From Methanobacteriota archaeon (GTDB lineage Archaea > Halobacteriota > Methanomicrobia > Methanomicrobiales > Methanoculleaceae): DNA of 42,644 bases. Below the pieces are notes generated by a model that was not told where the DNA came from, searched no databases, and saw only the letters and a list, made by a program, of their open reading frames with translations. Shown here piece after piece: positions 18,970 to 27,932 of this stretch. The stretch spans positions 1 to 42,644 of the forward strand of contig JAENZF010000003.1 of the NCBI GenBank assembly GCA_016841385.1. Reading direction: 5' to 3'. The first letter of the stretch is position 1. Each line of letters opens with the position of its first letter. Both the position numbers and the translations under genes were made by a program.

Positions 18970-19401
18970 ATGGCAAAAGAGCGATCATACGGGGCGGTAG
19001 TCGTCCGGCGGGATACGGATCTCCAGTACCTCATCCTGCAGTACGGGGCCGGGCACTGGGACCTGGTGAAGGGGCACGGCATGCGCGGCGAGAGCGAGGA
19101 GGAGACGGTTCTGCGTGAACTGGAGGAGGAGACCGGGATCACCCGGGCCGTGTTCGTCCCCGGGTTTCGGGAGGAAGTCCACTACTTCTTCCAGCGCCGG
19201 GCACACACGGTCTACAAGGAGGTCGTCTACTACCTCATCGAGACCCCGGAAGCGGAGGTGACGCTCTCGGACGAGCATATCGCCTACCAGTGGCTCCCAC
19301 ACGACGAGGCGTTGCGCGTGATCACCTTCGGGAACTCCAGAAGGGTCGTCGACGGGGCGCACGAGCACTTAAAGGCGCTCGGGAACCGGAAGAGCGAGTG
19401 A
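18970..19401 (+). CDS. Nudix hydrolase (Ap4A hydrolase-like)
   Basis: Nudix box KGHGMRGESEEETVLRELEEETGI, plus LSDEH. Confidence 0.9.
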   Translation: MAKERSYGAVVVRRDTDLQYLILQYGAGHWDLVKGHGMRGESEEETVLRELEEETGITRAVFVPGFREEVHYFFQRRAHTVYKEVVYYLIETPEAEVTLSDEHIAYQWLPHDEALRVITFGNSRRVVDGAHEHLKALGNRKSE

Positions 19402-19431
19402 TCGCGAAGCCCCGGTCTCCCCCGCTCTTCC

Positions 19432-19764
19432 TCACATTTTTCTGTCCTCCGGGAGTTCGCTCACCTCTTTTCCGAGGAAGTAACTCACGACAGTCCTGAT
19501 AGCGACGAGCGACCCGAGGATGGCCAGGTCCTGGAGCGTCGGTTCGAGGATCGTCTTCAAGACATCGGCGGCAACGAAGAACTCAAGGCCGATCAGGATA
19601 CGTGTGGTGAATACCCACCGGATGTCGTGGTAACTCCGCTCCCGAATGCGCGTCTCCCGTCCCAGGAGTTCAACGATCGCGAGCACCGCTCCGTAGACGA
19701 TGAAGAGCGCCCCGAATGTCCCGAGGACTATCTCGGTGATCCCGATGAACGTCTCGAGCACCAT
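19432..19764 (-). CDS. DUF1622 membrane protein
   Basis: GLEFFVAADVLKT...LAILG.LVAIRT..SYFL signature. Confidence 0.85.
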   Translation of the reverse strand: MVLETFIGITEIVLGTFGALFIVYGAVLAIVELLGRETRIRERSYHDIRWVFTTRILIGLEFFVAADVLKTILEPTLQDLAILGSLVAIRTVVSYFLGKEVSELPEDRKM

Positions 19765-19866
19765 GCCTGGCAGGCATATCGGCGACGGAGGGCTTATACG
19801 TTACCCCGACCGCGGTTCTTCAGGAGCCCGGGCGGCATGCGGGGCTCTCAGGTGTCCGCCCCGCGT

Positions 19867-20634
19867 TCAGGCGCTCTCAGGCGCCAGGGGTACGACGAAG
19901 CGAAACCCGTTGTACCGCTCGACCGTCACGGAGACGCCGTAGACCGCCTCGATGGTCTCCGGCGTCACCACATCGGGGCTCCCCGCGGCATGAATGACCC
20001 CGTCTTTTAAGAGGATGAACCGGTCGGCGTAGCGGAGCGCCATGTTCAGGTCGTGCATCGTCATCACCGCGGCAACGTCGTGGTCCGTCGTCACGCGCCG
20101 GACGATCCCGAGGATCTCAAGCTGGTTTTTGAGGTCGAGGCTGCTTGTCGGTTCGTCCAGGAGGAGCACCCGGGGCTCCTGCACCAGCGCCCGGGCGATG
20201 CTCACCTTCTGGAGTTCTCCGCCGCTCATCTCGTCGATGTACCGGAGGGAGAGGTCCTCGAGGTGGAGCATCCGGATTGCCGCCTCGACGATCCGGATAT
20301 CCGCATCCGTTACGTCCCATCCGATATGCGGCCTGCGGCCGAGGAGGACGGCGTCGAAGACGGTCATCCTGCCGGCCTCACACCGCTGCGGGACGTAGCC
20401 CACCTTTCGGGCGATCTCCATCCGGTCCGCCGTGAGGAGGTCCGTCCCCTCGACGAGGACAGACCCGGACTTCGGCCGCAGGATGGCGTTCATGCATTTT
20501 AAGAGCGTCGTCTTCCCGACGCCGTTTGGGCCCAGGATCGCAAGGATCTGGTGCGGCCGGAGGTCGAACGTGATCTCCCGGATGACCGGGGCGCTCCGGT
20601 AGGTGAACGCCACACCGTCGACACCGAGGATCAT
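19867..20634 (-). CDS. Metal-chelate (FecE/BtuD-type) ABC transporter ATPase
   Basis: GPNGVGKTT, MSGGE, LLLDEPT and MHD motifs. Confidence 0.95.
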   Translation of the reverse strand: MILGVDGVAFTYRSAPVIREITFDLRPHQILAILGPNGVGKTTLLKCMNAILRPKSGSVLVEGTDLLTADRMEIARKVGYVPQRCEAGRMTVFDAVLLGRRPHIGWDVTDADIRIVEAAIRMLHLEDLSLRYIDEMSGGELQKVSIARALVQEPRVLLLDEPTSSLDLKNQLEILGIVRRVTTDHDVAAVMTMHDLNMALRYADRFILLKDGVIHAAGSPDVVTPETIEAVYGVSVTVERYNGFRFVVPLAPESA

Positions 20635-21743
20635 CGCCGATACCCCGCGAGGAGCAGGTAGATGAAGACCGGTGCACCCAGGAATGCCGTGAGCACGGCA
20701 ACCGGGAGGATATACGGTGCCACGATGACCCGGGCGACGGTATCCGAGGCGAGGAGGAGGACCCCGCCCATCACGCAGGAGCCCGGGATCAGGTAGCGCT
20801 GGTCGTCGCCGATGAGCCTCCTCACCATGTGCGGACAGACCAGGCCCACGAAGCCGATAACTCCGAGGAACGAGACGATCACGGCGGATACGAGCGCTGC
20901 AACGACCATCCCGATATCCCGGACCCGCTCGACGCTGACACCGAGTCCTTTTGCGGTCTCGTCGCCGGCGTCGATCGCGTTGTAGTTCCAGCGGTTTGCG
21001 ACGAAGAAGAGGCAGGCTGCTATGGTGACGAGGGTCATGATCCCGAGTTCCTGCCAGTTGGCCCGGCCGACGTCGCCGAAGGTCCAGAAGACGACGGCGG
21101 CGAGCTGGGTGTCGTCGGCGAAGTACTGAAGAAACATCGTCCCCGCCGTGAAGAGGGAGGAGAGGGCGACGCCGGCGAGCACCATCACCTCGGGAGACGC
21201 CCCGCGTATCCGGGAGATGAGCAGGATCACCGCGGTGGCAAGGAGACAGAAGACGAACGCCACCATCGTCGTCAGGTAGGGGTTGTTCAAGGTGACGGCG
21301 TCGGCAATCGTCGAGTGCATCTGCCCGGTGCCGAGGAGGATGACCGAGACGGCTGCCCCGAAGGCACCGGCGTTCGATATGCCGAGCGTAAACGGCGACC
21401 CGAGCGGGTTTCGGAGGATCGACTGCATGGCGACACCCGCCACCGAGAGCCCGACCCCGGCGACGATCGCGGCAAGCGCCTGGGGGAGGCGGATGTTCCA
21501 GACGATCAGGTCCGTATTGGAGACGCTCACAGCAGCGCCGGGGTGAAGAAACGCGTTGATCCGGTCGATGCTGCCGTTCACGAGGGAGAGAAAGACGTCG
21601 TACGGGGGAATGCTGACCGCACCAACCGAAATTGATACGATCAGGAGGAGAACGAGGAGGACTACCCCCCCGAGTATCCAGAGGTTCTTCTTCCGCACGT
21701 ATCCCAGGTATTCCGCAGGGATGGCCCCGTCTGCAAAGTGCAT
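20631..21743 (-). CDS. FecCD/BtuC-family ABC permease
   Basis: IRLP, MQSILRNPLGSP.TLGIS.GA, GVIGFVGLVCPH and GAP motifs. Confidence 0.95.
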   Translation of the reverse strand: MHFADGAIPAEYLGYVRKKNLWILGGVVLLVLLLIVSISVGAVSIPPYDVFLSLVNGSIDRINAFLHPGAAVSVSNTDLIVWNIRLPQALAAIVAGVGLSVAGVAMQSILRNPLGSPFTLGISNAGAFGAAVSVILLGTGQMHSTIADAVTLNNPYLTTMVAFVFCLLATAVILLISRIRGASPEVMVLAGVALSSLFTAGTMFLQYFADDTQLAAVVFWTFGDVGRANWQELGIMTLVTIAACLFFVANRWNYNAIDAGDETAKGLGVSVERVRDIGMVVAALVSAVIVSFLGVIGFVGLVCPHMVRRLIGDDQRYLIPGSCVMGGVLLLASDTVARVIVAPYILPVAVLTAFLGAPVFIYLLLAGYRR

Positions 21744-21773
21744 CTCTTCATACCCTCCTGCTCAAGCCCGGCA

Positions 21774-22934
21774 TTACAGCGGGATCTCCGCGAACCCGAG
21801 ACCCCTGTACTCACTGTTGTGATCCTCAAAGACCGGTTTGCCGACGAAGAACGTGTAGATCTCGTCCGCTTTCTCAACTGGATCGATGTCGGCGAACCGG
21901 TCGGGATACAGGGTCTTCCCGATGAAGTAGGCATCGGCAAACACGGTCTCGTAGTTCACGTTGTAGAAGTTGTACGGAAGGACACCGTAGACCCGGCCTT
22001 CTTTCGCGGCGGAGAGGCCCTGGAGTGCGGGGTCGGTCTTCAACTCGCCGATCGCCCCATCACCCTCTATCTGGATCGTGCCGGCGTCGATGAAGATGTA
22101 TTCGGGATCCCAGTCGACGAGCGCCTCTTTCGCGACATCGGCGTGAGCCGTGCCGAGGCCTGCCGCGACGTTTCTCGCATGCACCCAGAGGAACGGCGGG
22201 TAGGCCGGTTCGGTGGAGATGATTCCGTGGGCGCCCGCCGAGGAGACGCCGCCGACGTAGGCGGCCTTCTGCTCCGATTCAGGGATGTCGCCGGTCCGGC
22301 GCTCGAGGTCGGCTATCGTCGCCTCGATGTAGGCGATCACCTCTTCGGCCCGGTCTTCTTTCCCGAGGACCTGACCCATCACGCGGAGACCGCCGTACAT
22401 CTCGGCCTTCTCGGCGTCGTTCCTGAGTGAGCCGTAGGGGAACGCCACGACCGGGATACCGGTCTTCTCCTGAAGTTTGTCGGCCTCGGCGGCACTGGTC
22501 CCGTATGCCGTTCCGGTGGACCCGGTCTTGAAGATGACCTGGGGGTTGATCGCGAGGATCTTCTCGGGGTCGTCCTTGCCCCTGAACTCACCGATCAGGG
22601 GGAGGTCCTTGAACTGCGACCCGTAAGCGAGGGCATAGGGCCGGCCTTCCATTGCCTGCTCCTTCTTCTCGATGTCGTCGACGCCGACGGCGAGGTCCTG
22701 GCTCTGCAGGTAGACAAGGTAGCGGAGGCACCCGGAGCCCGAGCAGACCACGCTCTCCGGGGGCGACGGGACGGTGACCGACCGGCCGAACCCGTCGGTG
22801 ATCGAGGCCGTCTGGCCATCCTGGACGACGGCCGAACCGGTCTCGGTGCCGGTGCACCCGGCGGCGAGCATAGCGAGAACGAGGGCCGCGAGCACCGCGG
22901 TCGTGAAAACTCCGGTGTATCGAAACTTTGACAT
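21774..22934 (-). CDS. Class III substrate-binding lipoprotein (iron/cobalamin/nickel-chelate)
   Basis: Lipobox-like AAGC, ITDGFGRSVTVP, EKILAINP, WDPEYIF and YPDRF motifs. Confidence 0.92.
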   Translation of the reverse strand: MSKFRYTGVFTTAVLAALVLAMLAAGCTGTETGSAVVQDGQTASITDGFGRSVTVPSPPESVVCSGSGCLRYLVYLQSQDLAVGVDDIEKKEQAMEGRPYALAYGSQFKDLPLIGEFRGKDDPEKILAINPQVIFKTGSTGTAYGTSAAEADKLQEKTGIPVVAFPYGSLRNDAEKAEMYGGLRVMGQVLGKEDRAEEVIAYIEATIADLERRTGDIPESEQKAAYVGGVSSAGAHGIISTEPAYPPFLWVHARNVAAGLGTAHADVAKEALVDWDPEYIFIDAGTIQIEGDGAIGELKTDPALQGLSAAKEGRVYGVLPYNFYNVNYETVFADAYFIGKTLYPDRFADIDPVEKADEIYTFFVGKPVFEDHNSEYRGLGFAEIPL

Positions 22935-22991
22935 ACAAATATCTCTAATGGTAGCACCAATTATTATATTTATCGAATTGCTCTCTATCCC

Positions 22992-23018
22992 GTACTACTT
23001 GAATCAGATTCGTCATAC
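22992..23018. promoter_or_regulatory. Candidate NikR-type operator
   Basis: Minus strand GTATGA-N15-TAGTAC upstream of the metal ABC operon; resembles the E. coli NikR site GTATGA-N16-TCATAC. Confidence 0.45.
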
Positions 23019-23239
23019 TGCCCCACTACTTCACCCCGTCGGGGCAGAGCCCGCGGAGCCCGGCCGACCGTTGCCGGTTCATGGGCCCAAACCCTATATA
23101 CCGCCTCTACCGCGCTCTCTAGAGGAAATCGGGTTCATTCGCGCGAGATGGATAACTATTATGGGCGACCGGACTAATCCCTGGAACAGGATACCGGTCA
23201 TGCAACCCGGCACGACCGGCATACAATTGAGGGATATGC

Positions 23240-25336
23240 ATGCCGGAGAGGATGTTAACTGAATCTGAGGGATACCGCCTGCTGGATTCGTGCGGGATAC
23301 CCGTGCCGCCCCACCACCTGGCCACCAGCGCCGGCGATGCACGGGCGGCCGCCGGGCGGATAGGCTACCCTGTCGTCATGAAGGTCATCTCGCCCGAGAT
23401 CGTCCACAAAAGCGACGTCGGCGGAGTCATCACCGGGATCGAGGGGCCGGATGACGCAGAAGAAGCGTTCCAGACCATCATGCGGAACAGTGCCGCCCGT
23501 GCCCCGGAAGCGACGGTCACCGGCGTCATCGTGGAGAGGCAGATGCCCGGAGGACTCGAGGTGCTGATCGGTGGGAAGACCGACCCGTCGTTTGGGAAGG
23601 TCATCACGTTCGGTCTCGGAGGGAAACTGGTGGAACTCCTTGAGGACGTCTCCATCCGGGTGCTGCCCGTCACCGACGACGAGATCCACGAGATGATCCG
23701 CGAGATCGAAGGCTACCGGCTCATTCGGGGGTACCGGGGAGAGCCCCCGAAGGACGAGGAAGCACTCGTCCAGATCATCGCAACGATGGCACGTATCTTC
23801 GTCGAGGATCCCCGGATCCGGGAGTTCGACCTCAACCCGGTCATCGTGTATGAGGAGGGGGCCAGCGTCGTCGATGCGAGAATCATCGTCGGGGATACCG
23901 CCGGGGGCGGGGCCACCCGCCTCAGCGTCCGGGCAGCCCCGGATCTCTTCTATCCCGAATCCATCGCCGTGATCGGCGCATCCGCAAGTCCAAATAAGGT
24001 GGGGTATTCCGTCCTCCGGAACCTGCTCTCCTTCCCCGGGAACCTCTATCCGGTCAACCCGGCCCGGACAGAACTCTTCGGACGAACAGCCTACCCTTCC
24101 GTGACGGATATCCCTGGCCCGGTCGACTGGGCGGTCATCGCCGTGCCGGCCCGCCTTGTCCCGGAGGTGATGGAAGAGTGCGGGAAGAAAGGTGTCCGGC
24201 TCGTCGTCATCGTCACCGCCGGGTTCCGCGAGATTGGCGGCGCTGGGGTGGTTCTCGAAGAGGAGGTCGTGGCGATCGCACGCAGGCACTCTATCCGGAT
24301 CATCGGCCCGAACTGCCTCGGGATCATGATGCCGCACCAGTGGATCAACGCTACGTTCGACCCGGTCTCGCCGAGGCGTGGGGATGTGGCCTTCATCTCC
24401 CAGAGCGGCGCCATCATCACCACCGTCGTCGACTGGAGCCTTCCCGAAGAGTTCGGGTTCTCAACCGTCATCAGCGTCGGCAACCAGGCGGACCTCGGAT
24501 TCGAGCACTACCTCCGGTTCGCCGAGCAGGATCCGAATACCCGGTCGGTCACCCTGTACGTCGAGGAGATCCAGGACGGGCGCGGTTTTGCGCAGATTAT
24601 GCGTGAGGTTGCCGGGAGAAAGCCGGTGGTGGCGGTGAAGTCCGGGTCGTCCCGGAAGGGCAAGGCTGCGGCGTCATCCCATACCGGATCGCTTGCCGGG
24701 AGTTACGATGTCTATGTCGCGGCGTTCAGGCAGGCGGGGGTGATTCCGGCCCGGAGCCTCCGGGACGCCTTTAACCTGGCGGAGCTCCTGGCGTCCGAGG
24801 GCTACCCGCAGGGAAAGCGCGCGATCGCCATCACCAGTGCGGGAGGGTTCGCCGTCCTCGCCTCCGACTACGCCGAGACGCACGGGGTCGATATGGTCGA
24901 CCTCCCTGACGACGTGCTTCGCGAGCTCAATGCGTTCCTGCCGCCGTACTGGAACCATTCAAATCCCATGGATATCCTCGGGGACGCCGACGCCACCCGA
25001 TTCGCCGCTCTCTTCGACGTGCTGATCCGGCACCAGGACTTCTGGGACATCGCGTTCGTGATCGCCGTGCCGACCACGCTCGTCGATCCGGCACACGTTG
25101 CAAACGAGATCCTCCGGCTCTCCCGGAACACGGAGAAGATGGTGGTGGGCTGCATGCTTGGCGGCGACAGCATCAGGAGCGGCCTGCGCATCCTCCGGGG
25201 TTGCCGGATCCCAAACTTCTCGGAGCTTGAGGATGCGTTCAAGGCGGTGGGCAGTATCCTTGGGGTCAGGACCACCCGGTCGGGTGAGCAGTCCCACCTG
25301 CCCCGCGACGACCGGTGTCCGGGCGACGGACAGTAA
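23240..25336 (+). CDS. acd: ADP-forming acetyl-CoA (acyl-CoA) synthetase, fused beta-alpha form
   Basis: N-terminal ATP-grasp (HKSDVGGV, DLNP), then CoA-binding IAVIGAS, GPNCLG, SQSG, SSHTGS phospho-His and NPMD. Confidence 0.92.
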   Translation: MPERMLTESEGYRLLDSCGIPVPPHHLATSAGDARAAAGRIGYPVVMKVISPEIVHKSDVGGVITGIEGPDDAEEAFQTIMRNSAARAPEATVTGVIVERQMPGGLEVLIGGKTDPSFGKVITFGLGGKLVELLEDVSIRVLPVTDDEIHEMIREIEGYRLIRGYRGEPPKDEEALVQIIATMARIFVEDPRIREFDLNPVIVYEEGASVVDARIIVGDTAGGGATRLSVRAAPDLFYPESIAVIGASASPNKVGYSVLRNLLSFPGNLYPVNPARTELFGRTAYPSVTDIPGPVDWAVIAVPARLVPEVMEECGKKGVRLVVIVTAGFREIGGAGVVLEEEVVAIARRHSIRIIGPNCLGIMMPHQWINATFDPVSPRRGDVAFISQSGAIITTVVDWSLPEEFGFSTVISVGNQADLGFEHYLRFAEQDPNTRSVTLYVEEIQDGRGFAQIMREVAGRKPVVAVKSGSSRKGKAAASSHTGSLAGSYDVYVAAFRQAGVIPARSLRDAFNLAELLASEGYPQGKRAIAITSAGGFAVLASDYAETHGVDMVDLPDDVLRELNAFLPPYWNHSNPMDILGDADATRFAALFDVLIRHQDFWDIAFVIAVPTTLVDPAHVANEILRLSRNTEKMVVGCMLGGDSIRSGLRILRGCRIPNFSELEDAFKAVGSILGVRTTRSGEQSHLPRDDRCPGDGQ

Positions 25337-25435
25337 CGTCCGTCTCTCTCTCCGTGTTCCCGGAAACCTTTTTATATCCCTCCCCCGTATTCCGGCACAT
25401 CGGGACGGGACCCATCACTACGGAGATGAATACGA

Positions 25436-26839
25436 ATGCTGTTTGAGAAGATTAAGTCCGATATCCTTGCTCACAATTCATACATCATCGGGGTGGGCGG
25501 GGAGGCGGCGGTCATCGATCCGAGGCGGGACTGCCTGGTCTACACAACCATCGCCGAGCACGAGAACATGAAGATCACCAGGATCTTTGAGACGCATAAG
25601 AACGAGGACTATGTCATCGGCTCCCGCGAACTCGCCCGTCCGACCGGGGCGGAGATCTTCCACGGGGCGCGTGAGGAGTTCGGGTTCGGTACCCCCGTGA
25701 GGGAAGGGGAGACGTTCAGGCTCGGGCCACTCGAGCTTGAGGTCCTGGAGACACCCGGCCACACCGTGGAGAGCATATCGCTCCTGATGCGTGACCGGTC
25801 CGTCTCCGGTGACCCGGTGATGGTCTTTACCGGCGATGCACTCTTTGCCGGGGATGTCGGGAGGACCGATCTTGCCGGCGAAGACCGGCGGCGGGAGATG
25901 TCGGAGATGCTGTATGCGAGCCTGCACGAGAAACTTCTCCCGCTTCCCGACGGCGTGATCGTCTGCCCTGCCCACGGCGCCGGTTCGGTCTGCGGCGGGA
26001 ATATCGGCGACCGGGAGTACACGACCATCGGTTTTGAAGCGGCGACAAACCGGCTGCTCTCCATGGAGAGGGAAGCGTTCGTCGAAGAGAAGGTGAATGA
26101 GCGAATTTACGAGCCTCCGTATTTTGAGATGATGCGAAAACTCAACCGGGAAGGCCCGCCCCTGATCTACAACCTGCCGCACCTGCGGGCCTATTCGGCC
26201 AGGGAGATCCGCTCTCTCCTGGACCGGAAGGCGCAGGTCATCGATATACGGTCTCCGACGAGCTTCGCCGGCGGGCATATCCCGGGAACCATCAACATCT
26301 GGCGGCAGGGCCTCCCTCTCTACATGGGTTACTACTTAAATTACGAGGACCCGATCGTCCTCGTAGACGACTTCAATCTGGACCTGGACCACGTGGTGCG
26401 CCACTTCGTGCGGCTCGGCTACGACAACATCGCTGGATACCTCGCCGGTGGGTTTGCGTCCTGGTTCAAGCAGGGTGAGGGGATCGAGAGGACCGGCACC
26501 TGGTCCCCCTCCGACCTCGCGGAGCGCCTGGACGACCCGTCGGTCTGGGTCCTTGATGTGCGCAACGTCAACCACCGGGAGGAGGAAGGCCATATCGCGG
26601 GCTCTCACCATATCTACGTCGGGCACCTCGAAGAGCACCTGGCAGAGGTCCCGGAAGAGAAGCAGATCGTCGTCCACTGCGATGTCGGGTTCAAGGGGAG
26701 CCTTGCGGCAAGCATCCTCGAGAAGCACGGGTTCCGGCACGTCACCAACCTGCTCGGCGGCACCATCGGCTGGGAGGCAGCGAATTATCCGCTGGTTAAG
26801 GAGGAGGAGAAACCCCTTTCCGCTTCTCCGGCGCTGTAG
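25436..26839 (+). CDS. MBL-fold hydrolase fused to two rhodanese domains
   Basis: ETHKNEDY, TPGHT, FTGD.LF.GDVGRTD and PAHGAGS.C; two DIR/DVR...GHI rhodanese repeats; HCDVG in the second. Confidence 0.9.
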   Translation: MLFEKIKSDILAHNSYIIGVGGEAAVIDPRRDCLVYTTIAEHENMKITRIFETHKNEDYVIGSRELARPTGAEIFHGAREEFGFGTPVREGETFRLGPLELEVLETPGHTVESISLLMRDRSVSGDPVMVFTGDALFAGDVGRTDLAGEDRRREMSEMLYASLHEKLLPLPDGVIVCPAHGAGSVCGGNIGDREYTTIGFEAATNRLLSMEREAFVEEKVNERIYEPPYFEMMRKLNREGPPLIYNLPHLRAYSAREIRSLLDRKAQVIDIRSPTSFAGGHIPGTINIWRQGLPLYMGYYLNYEDPIVLVDDFNLDLDHVVRHFVRLGYDNIAGYLAGGFASWFKQGEGIERTGTWSPSDLAERLDDPSVWVLDVRNVNHREEEGHIAGSHHIYVGHLEEHLAEVPEEKQIVVHCDVGFKGSLAASILEKHGFRHVTNLLGGTIGWEAANYPLVKEEEKPLSASPAL

Positions 26840-26980
26840 AGGCCGGGATGGCGGTGCAGGTTGTTTCGGGTTGTGTCTCCCCATCCACGACCCGGCATGC
26901 CGTTCCCGGCCAGGCCGGTTGTTGCATGCCGGAATCTTTATCCGGGAGGTATGCCTCAGGGTGACCGTGGAGGAATGAAC

Positions 26981-27208
26981 ATGGCAGCAATGGGTAAGCC
27001 CTCCGTGGCCAAAGTCATCGAGTTGATCGGCAGTTCCCCGAGCGGATGGGAGGATGCCGCGGCAAACGCAGTGAAGGAAGCCGCGAAAACCGTTAAAAAC
27101 ATAAAGCATGTCTACTTGAAAGAATGCACCGCGAAGGTGGAAGGCGACAGAATTGTGGAGTATCGTGCCAACGTGAAGGTTACGTTCATCGTGGAAAGGG
27201 AGAGTTGA
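26981..27208 (+). CDS. Dodecin family protein
   Basis: KVIELIGSS..GWEDAA.NAV.EA.KT...EYRANVKVTF; GGAGG Shine-Dalgarno at 26969-26973. Confidence 0.9.
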   Translation: MAAMGKPSVAKVIELIGSSPSGWEDAAANAVKEAAKTVKNIKHVYLKECTAKVEGDRIVEYRANVKVTFIVERES

Positions 27209-27932
27209 TCATTCCCCTCATCTCCTCTATTGTGAAAGGCTCTCTCTTACTATGGAGTATGAGATGACAGTTCGGGCATACGGGGCGTAGATCTCGTACT
27301 GGGTCGATCTCGTACTCCTTTCGTATTGTAGATAGGGGCACGAGGTGATGCACATGGATTTTATCCCGCCCTATCGGCCCGTATACCTTCTCAAAATCAA
27401 AACCGCAAACGGCACACCGACAACCGTAATGTTCTATGCATTTGGTTCGTGCCTGCTTGTCCCGCTCGTAATGGTTTACAAAGATTTTATTCACGGCCCC
27501 TTCGGATAACACGGTGCTATCTTGAACGGTCATCTCTCCGGGATAAACGAGTTCTGAGTCGCTTTGACCAAAGACCCGTTCGTACGCCTCCACCAGTTCA
27601 GGCCGCATGATCCAGGAACACGTGCCGTTCCTTTTATCGTAGCCCAGAAAGGGAACATGCCACCATCGGGTTGATCCATCTTCTCTCGCAGGAGGCCGGA
27701 CACCAGTCTTTTCAACAACTCGTTTGCTAAATCGAGCAACTCGCGCGTTCACCGGCGCATGCCGCTTATAATTCAAATGGGGCGCTATCTCTGATGCGTG
27801 CATCTCGTGGTTTACGCTCTCATACACCAGCCGTAACACAATCAAGTCGCGTTCTTCTGTCACCGTTCTGTCTACCAGCACTTCTGCCCAGGCGTCAGCG
27901 CTGATCTCTACCTGATCGTTGTAAAATCTCAC
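27186..27932 (-). CDS. HNH endonuclease (McrA-like C-terminus) with an N-terminal helical/winged-helix-like domain; candidate type IV restriction enzyme
   Basis: EG...YER...AR..CI..YG..CAVCGFDF...YG...IHVHH..P...DLRPVCPNCH; the GTG start overlaps the TGA of the RM gene. Confidence 0.85.
   Translation of the reverse strand: MRFYNDQVEISADAWAEVLVDRTVTEERDLIVLRLVYESVNHEMHASEIAPHLNYKRHAPVNARVARFSKRVVEKTGVRPPAREDGSTRWWHVPFLGYDKRNGTCSWIMRPELVEAYERVFGQSDSELVYPGEMTVQDSTVLSEGAVNKIFVNHYERDKQARTKCIEHYGCRCAVCGFDFEKVYGPIGRDKIHVHHLVPLSTIRKEYEIDPVRDLRPVCPNCHLILHSKREPFTIEEMRGMINSPFPR

Noticed and set aside
25323-25344. GCGACGGAC-AGTAAC-GTCCGTC hairpin at the acd stop, resembling the outer arms of the 18127 element
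   Set aside because: Only 7-9 bp of match in GC-rich DNA; could be chance.
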